Position numbers and translations under genes: made by a program
Shown: positions 26,938-34,002 of the stretch, piece by piece
How positions within the stretch are numbered: position 1 is the stretch's first letter
How the letters are laid out: each line of letters opens with the position of its first letter
The notes under the pieces: model-generated
Seen by the model: only the letters and a program-made list of their open reading frames with translations
Told to the model about the DNA's origin: nothing
Databases searched by the model: none
DNA from: a virus
Taxonomy: Duplodnaviria; Caudoviricetes
DNA length: 34,601 nucleotides
Virus record (IMG/VR): IMGVR_UViG_3300032330_001377
Coordinates: 1 to 34,601 of that record
Strand: one strand, 5' to 3'

Positions 26938-27017
26938 GGGCTAGAAATGGTGTTGATTAGTCGCTAAAACCCTAAATGGGAACGGCTAAGACCAGAGTTC
27001 GATTCTCTGCTAGTCCA
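26938..27017 (+). ncRNA. mini-tmRNA-like RNA (tRNA-like domain only)
   Basis: Acceptor GGGCTAG/CTAGTCC with G3:U70 and discriminator A; stemless D-loop AAATGGTGTTGA; helix TTAGTCG/CGGCTAA; GAC linker; T-arm CAGAG-TTCGATT-CTCTG. Confidence 0.75.
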
Positions 27018-27036
27018 CAAAAAAGAAAAGGGAAAA

Positions 27037-27390
27037 ATGTTTTGTAGTAGTTGCTTTAATCCTGTTGATGCACAGACTTTGCGTATGCGTAGAGGTAAAG
27101 CCAAAAATTTGACTGTTTGTGCTGATTGCAATAACGCTGTGCCTGTTGAAACAAAGTTTGGAGTGTGTTTGAGTCATGTCGGTAACTTCGATGAGAACGA
27201 GATTCCGGTTACACGCTTTGGTCAGCCTATTCTTGCTGGTGTTAGGAAGTGTGGTTATGGTGACTGCATTAATCCTGAGCATTGTGTGGGCGACCCATTT
27301 TTAGAGCGTTTTGATACGAGTTATCGAACTGGGGTAAAGTTGTCGCCTACTGAGTTTTATCAGGTTTTAGAGAAAGAAAGAGCGAAGTGA
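27037..27390 (+). CDS. Cys-rich Zn-binding protein (paralog of 22790)
   Basis: CxxC, CxxC, G.RKCG..DC.NP.H; SD AAAGGGA. Confidence 0.7.
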   Translation: MFCSSCFNPVDAQTLRMRRGKAKNLTVCADCNNAVPVETKFGVCLSHVGNFDENEIPVTRFGQPILAGVRKCGYGDCINPEHCVGDPFLERFDTSYRTGVKLSPTEFYQVLEKERAK

Positions 27391-27503
27391 CTGCTAAGGA
27401 TTTGTTGGCTGCGTTGAAAGCCTATTATGTTGAACTTTATCAACTTGGTGCTGACCGTGAAGCAGTTGCGGTTAAGCAGTTTATTGAAAGGGTGGTTAAA
27501 TGA
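27387..27503 (+). CDS. hypothetical 38-aa protein
   Basis: GTGA/ATGA overlaps on both sides. Confidence 0.5.
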   Translation: MTAKDLLAALKAYYVELYQLGADREAVAVKQFIERVVK

Positions 27504-27607
27504 TTGTTATGGACTTTGTTTGTTCATGTGGCAATAAACGCACGGAAACAGCAGATGCAAATCTAATTGCTGTATGCGTATGCGGTAAACGAATGGTGCG
27601 TGCCTGA
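27500..27607 (+). CDS. 35-aa zinc-ribbon miniprotein
   Basis: MIVMDFVCSCG...CVCGKRMVRA; coupled on both sides. Confidence 0.5.
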   Translation: MIVMDFVCSCGNKRTETADANLIAVCVCGKRMVRA

Positions 27608-27786
27608 TGCCGCTTTATGAGTATGTTTGCAGCGACGGGCATGTTTTTCAGCAAATTCGGTCAATTACTGACGATACTGAGCCAAGCAAGTGTGAAGTTT
27701 GCAAAAATCCAGTTCGTCAAGTTTTGGGCAATGTTGGCATCAAATTTAATGGCTCAGGATTTTATTCAACAGATAAACGCAAATGA
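27607..27786 (+). CDS. FmdB-family zinc-ribbon protein (not in ORF track)
   Basis: MPLYEYVC..GH.F...C..C......F.GSGFYSTD. Confidence 0.8.
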   Translation: MPLYEYVCSDGHVFQQIRSITDDTEPSKCEVCKNPVRQVLGNVGIKFNGSGFYSTDKRK

Positions 27787-28106
27787 GCCGTTTTCCTAAA
27801 CCTTGTTTAGATTGTGGCGAGTTAACTTCTGGTGGTAATCGTTGTGAGGTTCATCAACGCCGTATTGATGAGTTGGCTGAGTTGCGCAGGGCAACTATTA
27901 AAAAGACTTTGAATACTTATGGTGGGGATTATCGGCGTAGGGCTAAACAGGTGCGTGACTTTGCTGTTGTTTGTCATATTTGTGGTGAGGGTGCGCGTGT
28001 TGGTGATTTGTGGCAAGCAGACCATCTGATTCCGGGTGATGCGAATAGTCCTTTGGCTGCTGCTCATGCTTCTTGTAATCAGCGCCGTGGCAATAAGCCT
28101 TTGTAA
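27783..28106 (+). CDS. HNH endonuclease (gp74-like packaging cofactor)
   Basis: PCLDCG, CHICG, ADH, AH.SCN..RG. Confidence 0.85.
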   Translation: MSRFPKPCLDCGELTSGGNRCEVHQRRIDELAELRRATIKKTLNTYGGDYRRRAKQVRDFAVVCHICGEGARVGDLWQADHLIPGDANSPLAAAHASCNQRRGNKPL

Positions 28107-28194
28107 AAAATTTGGTTGAACGCATATATGTAAAATTTGGTTTAAGCCCTTTATAGTAAAAATTTGGTTTGATGCCTTAAGTCAAAATTCGGTT
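28107..28194 (+). repeat. four AAAATT(T/C)GGTT direct repeats, 25-27 bp period
   Basis: Copies at 28107, 28132, 28159, 28184. Confidence 0.8.
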
Positions 28195-28261
28195 CGAGGC
28201 CTATATGGGATTTTTGTCGTCTTACCATAGCCCGACAATCTGGGCGGTTGTTTTTGTTTGT

Positions 28262-28361
28262 CGTTATCAATTCGTTATAAAAAATGTTTGCGAAATGCGT
28301 AATAAATTCGTGTTTGTCGTGTTATCTTTTTGAGAGTGTCCAGAGTGGACATCAAGAAAGG
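28262..28361 (+). promoter_or_regulatory. right-arm promoter cassette 1
   Basis: CGTTATCAATTCGTTAT box, AAAATGTTTGCGAAAT, TATCTT -10, hairpin TGTCCA-GAG-TGGACA, SD GAAAGG. Confidence 0.65.
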
Positions 28362-28368
28362 TAGCAAA

Positions 28369-28746
28369 GTGGCAACTATCAAGGCAGACCTAACGCCTGA
28401 ACTAAAAAAGCAATACGCCCAAGAAGTAGCGCAAAAACTCGCAGACGGCGGAAAATTGCTAATCAGCATTACTCATACAAGCGCAAGCAATATGTCTTAC
28501 CGCTACAAGGTAGACCTAGCGTTTAACAACGACGGCAAAACCGAAATCGAACATCTCACCTATTGGTTGGCAGCGTGCTGGAAAGAAAACATTTATGCTG
28601 GCGCTTTTAATGAACTAAAAGGCGCTGGCATTGGCACAGACCGCTATTTTCTCGCGGCTTACAACATTGGGCAAACACTCAAAAAGTTTGGCCTAATTAA
28701 TGACCCTTATGAAGTGGCAACTCGCCGCGTCTATCAAGAGATTTAG
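28369..28746 (+). CDS. hypothetical protein
   Basis: GTG 28369 after SD GAAAGG. Confidence 0.7.
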   Translation: MATIKADLTPELKKQYAQEVAQKLADGGKLLISITHTSASNMSYRYKVDLAFNNDGKTEIEHLTYWLAACWKENIYAGAFNELKGAGIGTDRYFLAAYNIGQTLKKFGLINDPYEVATRRVYQEI

Positions 28747-28761
28747 AAAGGCAAAAGACAA

Positions 28762-28959
28762 ATGGCAAAAATTGTTTATTTTGTTGTTGCAGTTGATTTG
28801 GAAGACCAAAGCGCTTTCATTGATGACGAAACTTTTATGGCCCGATTTGACAAGAGCGAACAAGTGTTCGACGACGAAAAAGGCGAGTGGCTGGAATATG
28901 AAGATGATTTTTACGACCAAGCCGTGAAAATTCTTGACACAAAGAAAGTTGGCGAATAA
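28762..28959 (+). CDS. small acidic protein
   Basis: About 19 D/E in 65 aa; SD GAAAGG. Confidence 0.7.
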   Translation: MAKIVYFVVAVDLEDQSAFIDDETFMARFDKSEQVFDDEKGEWLEYEDDFYDQAVKILDTKKVGE

Positions 28960-28961
28960 AA

Positions 28962-29231
28962 ATGCCGTTGCACAAAATCCAAGCCCAAAAAACTTTTTGG
29001 GTAGAAACATTTATCGAAGCGGCAACCGAAGAAGATGCCCTAGAAATTGCACAAGGTCATTTCGCGGTTGAGTGGCAAGACACAAACGACACAGAGCAAT
29101 TTAGTGGCGTGTTTTGGGCAGAAGAACAAGGGTTGATTAATGACCCGATTGACGAAATCGCGCGTCTAAACGCAATCATCAAGCGAATGAAAGACGAATT
29201 TAACATTGCTGACGAAGATTGGAATAACTAA
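28962..29231 (+). CDS. small acidic protein
   Basis: IEAATEEDALEIA motif; tight operon spacing. Confidence 0.7.
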   Translation: MPLHKIQAQKTFWVETFIEAATEEDALEIAQGHFAVEWQDTNDTEQFSGVFWAEEQGLINDPIDEIARLNAIIKRMKDEFNIADEDWNN

Positions 29232-29233
29232 AA

Positions 29234-29449
29234 ATGGCAATTCTTATCGAAAAAGTAATCACGGCCTTTTTAGGCTCTGGCATAACTGCAACATTCACAA
29301 GCCGAAAAGACTTTGGCGACAAAGTTTTGTTAGACATTCTTTGGGCTAATAACGAAAGCGCTTTGGATTACAACATTGAGTTAGACAAAGAAACGGCACA
29401 GACATTAATTAATGCCTTGCAAGCCGTAATCGAAGAATTGGGGAAATAA
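29234..29449 (+). CDS. hypothetical protein
   Basis: Tight operon spacing. Confidence 0.65.
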   Translation: MAILIEKVITAFLGSGITATFTSRKDFGDKVLLDILWANNESALDYNIELDKETAQTLINALQAVIEELGK

Positions 29450-29973
29450 TGGCCAGCGAAACACAACTAACAACAAGATGCGTTTGCCAAGCATTTGACG
29501 ACGAAAAAGGCGAATGGCTAGATACGCCAAGCGAAGTCTGTTTCGGTGATTGCTGGCAAGACCAACTCGACGATTTGCGCGAGAACTTTCTAAACTCTTG
29601 GCGAGATGCAAACAATTTCGACGACGACACAATCGTTAAAATCTCTGGCGCGGCTATGTCTTGGCGCAGAGTTGCAGGCGAAACAAATGTGCCATTGTCT
29701 AAATTGCCGGAAGTCTTTTTTATTGACGGCGAATTTACTTTGCGATTTTTGTTTAGCGACGGCGACAAAGATTTACAAGTTGTTCGCTACTCTCACGACG
29801 AACACGGCGCGAGTTTCGAAATCACTAAATCGCAGAAAGAGAAATGCGCTTTTTGTGGAGAAATCGAACTTTGCGAACTGACTTTGGAAGGTAGCGGAGA
29901 GCCTGACCCTACTTGTGCGCATTGCCGAGAGTGGCACGGCTTAGAAATCTTGCAAGCGGTGATTGTCAAATGA
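29449..29973 (+). CDS. acidic Cys-containing hypothetical protein
   Basis: TAATG coupling; YSHDE.G motif; C-terminal CxxC pairs. Confidence 0.7.
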   Translation: MASETQLTTRCVCQAFDDEKGEWLDTPSEVCFGDCWQDQLDDLRENFLNSWRDANNFDDDTIVKISGAAMSWRRVAGETNVPLSKLPEVFFIDGEFTLRFLFSDGDKDLQVVRYSHDEHGASFEITKSQKEKCAFCGEIELCELTLEGSGEPDPTCAHCREWHGLEILQAVIVK

Positions 29974-30137
29974 CCGATTACCAAGTTAATTTTGTGTTTC
30001 CGTTTTCTTGTGTTGGCGTGAGCGTTAAGGCTCTTGATGAAGACACGGCGGCAGAGTTGGCCGAGAAAATGATTTGGTACGAACTAGGCCTGACCATTCC
30101 CAAAAATGTTTCTGTTGAGATAAGCGAGATTAATTAA
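29970..30137 (+). CDS. small acidic protein
   Basis: ATGA overlap; VKALDEDTAAELA resembles the motif in 28962. Confidence 0.6.
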   Translation: MTDYQVNFVFPFSCVGVSVKALDEDTAAELAEKMIWYELGLTIPKNVSVEISEIN

Positions 30138-30475
30138 TGGAATTTATAGCCGAAATTAAACTTTTTGTTTCTTACGAAGCAGACACGCCAGAACAGGCCG
30201 AGCAGTTTCTCGAAAACTATAAAGAAGCATTAGCAAAAACGCCTAAAACTAACGGCTTAGAGTTTGGCGATTATCACCTAAGTTTCGAGCCTTACGCACC
30301 TGTTTTTACTTGCCAATGTTGTTTCGACGGGTTGGCAACTGAACTTTTCCAAAATGAACAAATCTGCGCCGATTGTTTGCAATCTGTCAAAGATGTTGTT
30401 TGTGATGAGTGCGGCTCGATACACGAATTAGAAAATAAGCAAATGTCCATTAGAGAAGAACAGGCCGAAAAATGA
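30137..30475 (+). CDS. acidic protein with C-terminal Zn-binding Cys motifs
   Basis: YEADTPEQAEQ motif; three CxxC. Confidence 0.65.
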   Translation: MEFIAEIKLFVSYEADTPEQAEQFLENYKEALAKTPKTNGLEFGDYHLSFEPYAPVFTCQCCFDGLATELFQNEQICADCLQSVKDVVCDECGSIHELENKQMSIREEQAEK

Positions 30476-30789
30476 AGTCAAAAAATTACACGCTGACAAC
30501 TTGGTATATGCCAGACAATTCACGCCTTTATTACGGGCGGTGGCATTGCCGTATTGATTTCACAATTGCGTTAGGCAACACGGGCGAAGCCGAAAGAGTG
30601 GCAAATAACGGGCTAAGAGCAGCCAAGCGCCACATTAGAAATGAAATCATTGACCGCAACCTAACTAACAAAATAGAAAACGGCTGGCAAGGCCCGGTCT
30701 TTCCAAAACGCCTTGCTTACGAAGTCAAATCAAACAAAACCGAACAGGGCAGCGGCCGCCTAATGTCGCTAACAATTGCCGAGAAATAG
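30472..30789 (+). CDS. basic hypothetical protein
   Basis: ATGA overlap. Confidence 0.65.
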   Translation: MKSKNYTLTTWYMPDNSRLYYGRWHCRIDFTIALGNTGEAERVANNGLRAAKRHIRNEIIDRNLTNKIENGWQGPVFPKRLAYEVKSNKTEQGSGRLMSLTIAEK

Positions 30790-30806
30790 AAAAGAGAAAA
30801 AGAAAA

Positions 30807-31049
30807 ATGGAAATCACAAAAGCGCAACTAATCAAATCCCTTGCAAATGTGCCAGATGATGAGCCGCTGGCATATGTCGCGGTTTATGCAAAAGAAGATT
30901 TGCAAGACTTAGTTAATGAAGTAATCACGCCTGAAATTTGGGCCGCGTTTGCGAGTGAGTTGTCGAGAAACGAATACTTGGGAAATGTTGTTAATGACAC
31001 TTTCGGGGATTTGCTTTTGGATAAGGGCCTAACTTGGAAAGAGAACTAA
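30807..31049 (+). CDS. hypothetical protein
   Basis: A-rich leader; operon context. Confidence 0.65.
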   Translation: MEITKAQLIKSLANVPDDEPLAYVAVYAKEDLQDLVNEVITPEIWAAFASELSRNEYLGNVVNDTFGDLLLDKGLTWKEN

Positions 31050-31051
31050 AA

Positions 31052-31357
31052 ATGGCTGAACTAATCGAGCAAGTTTTTGTTTTAGAAAGTCAAGACCTTT
31101 CGCAGTTTTATCGCATTAGGTCATTTACTGATGCTGACGGCGTATTTTTTGCCAGCATTGACCAATTCGATTTCGAAATCGAAGAATGGGAAGAAAGCAT
31201 TTTAACGCAGTTTCAGCAAGACACAGAAGAAGTTTTGCCGATTGCTGACGACGCTGCCGCAGAAATTCTTAATTGGTTTGGTTTCGAAATGGCAGACATT
31301 GCGACACAAGAGCAATTAGACACAATCAAGAAAGGCCTAAAAAATGGCGAAAATTAA
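31052..31357 (+). CDS. highly acidic protein
   Basis: About 24 D/E versus 5 K/R in 101 aa; start ATG 31052. Confidence 0.7.
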   Translation: MAELIEQVFVLESQDLSQFYRIRSFTDADGVFFASIDQFDFEIEEWEESILTQFQQDTEEVLPIADDAAAEILNWFGFEMADIATQEQLDTIKKGLKNGEN

Positions 31358-31583
31358 ATGCGGTTGTTCTTACCCGAATGAAAAGGGCTGGCATCTTGAC
31401 GAACAAATTATCACTACGCGCCGCGAACAAAAAATCGAACAAGCAAAAACCGAAAGGGAAATGCTCGGCTGGTTTCTAAATGTTTATTACAAGAAAGGCG
31501 AGACGGGTTTAAATGCTCTTGCTACTTACTTGGAAGCGACAGAAGACCGAGAGCCAGAGGTTTTTTACGAATGGGAGATGTAA
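31344..31583 (+). CDS. hypothetical protein
   Basis: SD GAAAGG. Confidence 0.65.
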   Translation: MAKIKCGCSYPNEKGWHLDEQIITTRREQKIEQAKTEREMLGWFLNVYYKKGETGLNALATYLEATEDREPEVFYEWEM

Positions 31584-31822
31584 AAAATTTAGTTAGCGAC
31601 ATTAAGGGCCAAAATTTGGTTAGTGAAAATTTGGTTAGCCCTGTAAAGAAGCAAAATCTGGTTAGGCCCATTAGCCGCCAGACTAGCCGCCACCCGATTT
31701 ATGGCAGGCCCAAGCCGCCGCCGTCAAATGCTGCCGTGATTGTTCTCGCGGTCATTTTCTGGCCCGTCGCTCTTGCCGCGCTGGTGATTGGCAAAAGTCT
31801 AGGCGGCACGATAAATCGCTAG
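31571..31822 (+). CDS. possible membrane protein overlapping the repeat array (start uncertain)
   Basis: C-terminal TM helix AAVIVLAVIFWPVALAALVIG; repeat spacings keep the frame. Confidence 0.35.
   Translation: MGDVKNLVSDIKGQNLVSENLVSPVKKQNLVRPISRQTSRHPIYGRPKPPPSNAAVIVLAVIFWPVALAALVIGKSLGGTINR
31584..31665 (+). repeat. four AAAAT(T/C)T(G/A)GTTAG direct repeats
   Basis: Copies at 31584, 31611, 31626, 31653; same core as the 28107 array. Confidence 0.8.
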
Positions 31823-31918
31823 GGCAAACCTTAGCCCGAATAGCCCGGTTTTTGTGTTGTAGAAAATCACAAAAGTTTTTTAGGTTTTCACTATTGACAT
31901 TGACCCGTGAAAAATGGT

Positions 31919-31948
31919 AAGGCCATCTACGATTGTAGGCGGCCTTTT
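31919..31948 (+). terminator. putative terminator
   Basis: AAGGCCATCTAC-GATT-GTAGGCGGCCTT then TT. Confidence 0.5.
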
Positions 31949-31949
31949 C

Positions 31950-32052
31950 CGTTATCAATTTGTTATCAAAAATGTTTGCGAAATCACTTGCAGGCGCTCT
32001 CTTTTTCGATACACTTTGAGAGTGAAGTTGCAAGGGTTGCAACGGATAGGGA
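31950..32052 (+). promoter_or_regulatory. right-arm promoter cassette 2
   Basis: CGTTATCAATTTGTTATC box; TTGCAG 31988 / TACACT 32010; hairpin GTTGCAA-GGG-TTGCAAC; SD GATAGGGA. Confidence 0.7.
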
Positions 32053-32055
32053 AAA

Positions 32056-32616
32056 ATGAACAACACAGAATTACTGACCAAGCCAGAACTTGCGCCGATT
32101 GTCGAAGCGTATTTCGACACGAAGCGCGATTACGAAACCGCCGTCTATGCTTGCGGCTGGTCAATGTCGCTAGACACTTATTACAGCCAGCCAAAAACCG
32201 AAAGCGATTTTTTGGAGCGTGCCGAGAAAAACAAGGCCGCGCTTACTAACCGCGCTTACGAAATCACAACCGCGCTTCTATTTGGCGAGCGTTTCGCAGA
32301 CTTTCTAAAAATGGGTATTGACCTAGTGGCCGCCGAGTATTCGCGCGAACTCTGGCGATACAACTATCAGCAAGAACAAATTGCTGACGCGCCGCGCCGC
32401 GCTTGGGCCACAACACATAACGCTCGCCTTGCCGAGATTGACCGACAGATTAAGAGCGCCAAAATTCGCCGCGGCAAGACTTGGGGAAAGTGGCGCAAAA
32501 ACGAAGCGTCTTACGAAGAAGTGTCGCTCTTAGTTTCTGTGATTGATGAAGAAATTGCCGAGATTGAGAAGCGCCGCGAAGTTGTCGCCGCCGAGCGTTT
32601 CGAGCAGGTTGCATAA
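32056..32616 (+). CDS. hypothetical helical protein
   Basis: 186-aa ORF behind a strong promoter and SD. Confidence 0.75.
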   Translation: MNNTELLTKPELAPIVEAYFDTKRDYETAVYACGWSMSLDTYYSQPKTESDFLERAEKNKAALTNRAYEITTALLFGERFADFLKMGIDLVAAEYSRELWRYNYQQEQIADAPRRAWATTHNARLAEIDRQIKSAKIRRGKTWGKWRKNEASYEEVSLLVSVIDEEIAEIEKRREVVAAERFEQVA

Positions 32617-32747
32617 TGGAAAAAATCATTTACGACAAAGACGGCAACCGCGTTGGATACATTGGCCATTTTACGGGCGCATACATCTGCGACACTTGCG
32701 GCGCGGTTTGCGATTGTGAAAACGAAGAAGAAAGCGAAACGAAATGA
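32616..32747 (+). CDS. 43-aa Cys-containing protein (not in ORF track)
   Basis: TAATG coupling; ...YICDTCGAVCDC + acidic tail. Confidence 0.6.
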   Translation: MEKIIYDKDGNRVGYIGHFTGAYICDTCGAVCDCENEEESETK

Positions 32748-32896
32748 AGCCGCTTTTGATTGCCGCCGCTACAAGCGTGGCCTTGCTCTCGCTGGTTGTT
32801 CTCGCCGGATTGTTGGGCAGTTTCTATCCCGACATTTTCGGGCCACTTTTGATTGCTGGCGGCCTTGCCGTCGCGGTTAGGTTTGCGATTAAATAG
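32744..32896 (+). CDS. 50-aa two-TM membrane protein (not in ORF track)
   Basis: ATGA overlap; MKPLLIAAATSVALLSLVVLAGLLGSFYPDIFGPLLIAGGLAVAVRFAIK. Confidence 0.6.
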   Translation: MKPLLIAAATSVALLSLVVLAGLLGSFYPDIFGPLLIAGGLAVAVRFAIK

Positions 32897-32931
32897 GTTT
32901 GCCCTTTCCCCCTATCAAGGGCGAAGCGATT

Positions 32932-32961
32932 AACTCTCTGCCAATCGGCAGGGAGTTTTTT
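32932..32961 (+). terminator. intrinsic terminator
   Basis: AACTCTCTGCC-AATC-GGCAGGGAGTT then T-tract. Confidence 0.8.
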
Positions 32962-32998
32962 GCTATGGTCAAGAAATCGTTTGGATACGAATGACTTT

Positions 32999-33014
32999 TA
33001 GAACAGATGTTCGA
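32999..33014. promoter_or_regulatory. LexA (SOS) box, one mismatch
   Basis: TAGAAC-AGAT-GTTCGA versus actinobacterial consensus TCGAAC-N4-GTTCGA. Confidence 0.7.
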
Positions 33015-33043
33015 CATTAGGCCCAAAATGTTATCGCTAACAT

Positions 33044-33059
33044 TCGAACAAATGTTCGA
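33044..33059. promoter_or_regulatory. LexA (SOS) box, perfect
   Basis: TCGAAC-AAAT-GTTCGA. Confidence 0.8.
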
Positions 33060-33208
33060 CGCCAGATTGCGCTCTAACGGCCTTTTGGCAGGCTCTCGGT
33101 ATGAGAGTATCGTTTAGGGCATCAAGCCGCCTACGGGCCGCACAAGGCGTTTTAGACCTATGCCGAAACCGCAAAACAAGTCAAAACAGGCCAAAACAGG
33201 CACATTTC

Positions 33209-33301
33209 CGTTATCAATTCGTTATCAAAATAAGTAGCGAAAAGGCCTTGCAATATAAGAGAATGGAAAGGTCTAAGGCAGAGTGTCCAGACAGATAGGG
33301 A
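33209..33301 (+). promoter_or_regulatory. right-arm promoter cassette 3
   Basis: CGTTATCAATTCGTTATC box; TTGCAA 33248; GAGTGTCCAGA shared with cassette 1; SD GATAGGGA; -10 unclear. Confidence 0.6.
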
Positions 33302-33304
33302 AAA

Positions 33305-33547
33305 ATGAACAACAACTACACGGCAGAACTAGGCCGAGCAATCCACGCAGACCAGACACGCCTAAGCGCAGAGATGCGAAAGACCGCGCCGGATTTAAAC
33401 GCGGTTATCGGCTTGGCCCAAAGTATCCAAGAGAACGCCCGCGAAATTCTCGAAATGGCCCTATGGGAGCAGAAGCGCCTAGAAATTCTTAGCCGCAACT
33501 TTACCGAACTACTGCCTGAACTGCTAGGCGAAAAGGCGGGCAACTAA
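33305..33547 (+). CDS. hypothetical helical protein
   Basis: SD GATAGGGA. Confidence 0.7.
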   Translation: MNNNYTAELGRAIHADQTRLSAEMRKTAPDLNAVIGLAQSIQENAREILEMALWEQKRLEILSRNFTELLPELLGEKAGN

Positions 33548-33846
33548 TGACGACAGAATTTAAGAGCGCCTTGCAAACCAAAAACCTAATGAACAAAAAC
33601 GGCTTTGGAGTTGCACGCCTGCACAAAGGCCGCGTTGCGAACTACACGGGCCGCGGCTACCGCATAACCGAGTTGGCAGACGGCTGGCTAAGCGTGGCCT
33701 ACGGCTTCGCCTATTACAACGACGGATACGCCGACAAAGAGCGCAACGCCGTAATCCGCGCCGAGATGCTGGAAAAGGCCCGCGTGTTTCTAATCGTGCA
33801 GGGTTATGAAGCCGACGCAGACGGCAACTATCGCAAGCGCCGTTAG
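33547..33846 (+). CDS. hypothetical protein
   Basis: TAATG coupling; followed by terminator. Confidence 0.7.
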   Translation: MTTEFKSALQTKNLMNKNGFGVARLHKGRVANYTGRGYRITELADGWLSVAYGFAYYNDGYADKERNAVIRAEMLEKARVFLIVQGYEADADGNYRKRR

Positions 33847-33863
33847 GCCCGTAAGACCGAGAG

Positions 33864-33889
33864 AAGCCCGCCAGAAATGGCGGGTTTTT
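33864..33889 (+). terminator. intrinsic terminator
   Basis: CCCGCCA-GAAA-TGGCGGG then TTTTT. Confidence 0.85.
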
Positions 33890-33992
33890 CGTTATCGTTT
33901 CGTTATCAAAAAATGTTGCGACACGCTTGCAATCGCTGGCCCTTTTCGGCATAATTAGATGCATAGGCCGCAAGAGTTGCGGCAGATAGGGA
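33890..33992 (+). promoter_or_regulatory. right-arm promoter cassette 4
   Basis: CGTTATCGTTTCGTTATC box; TTGCAA 33927 / 17 bp / CATAAT 33950; hairpin GCCGCAA-GAG-TTGCGGC; SD GATAGGGA. Confidence 0.7.
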
Positions 33993-34002
33993 GAGCAACA
34001 AA

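Noticed and set aside
26938-27020. Conventional tRNA-Ala gene
   Set aside because: No D-stem and no 5-bp stem/7-nt anticodon loop; the architecture matches the tmRNA tRNA-like domain instead.
27617-27799. 60-aa ORF from the track
   Set aside because: An overlapping frame (27607-27786) has a clear FmdB zinc-ribbon signature and coupled start/stop.
28107-28194. Mini-CRISPR array
   Set aside because: Repeats are only ~11 bp and spacers ~14-16 bp; no cas genes in the window.
32653-32880. 75-aa ORF from the track
   Set aside because: Two coupled ORFs in other frames (32616-32747, 32744-32896) explain the region better.
28337-33983. N4-type virion RNA polymerase hairpin promoters
   Set aside because: No phage RNA polymerase; the hairpins lie downstream of sigma70-like elements and the purine loop is on the non-template strand.
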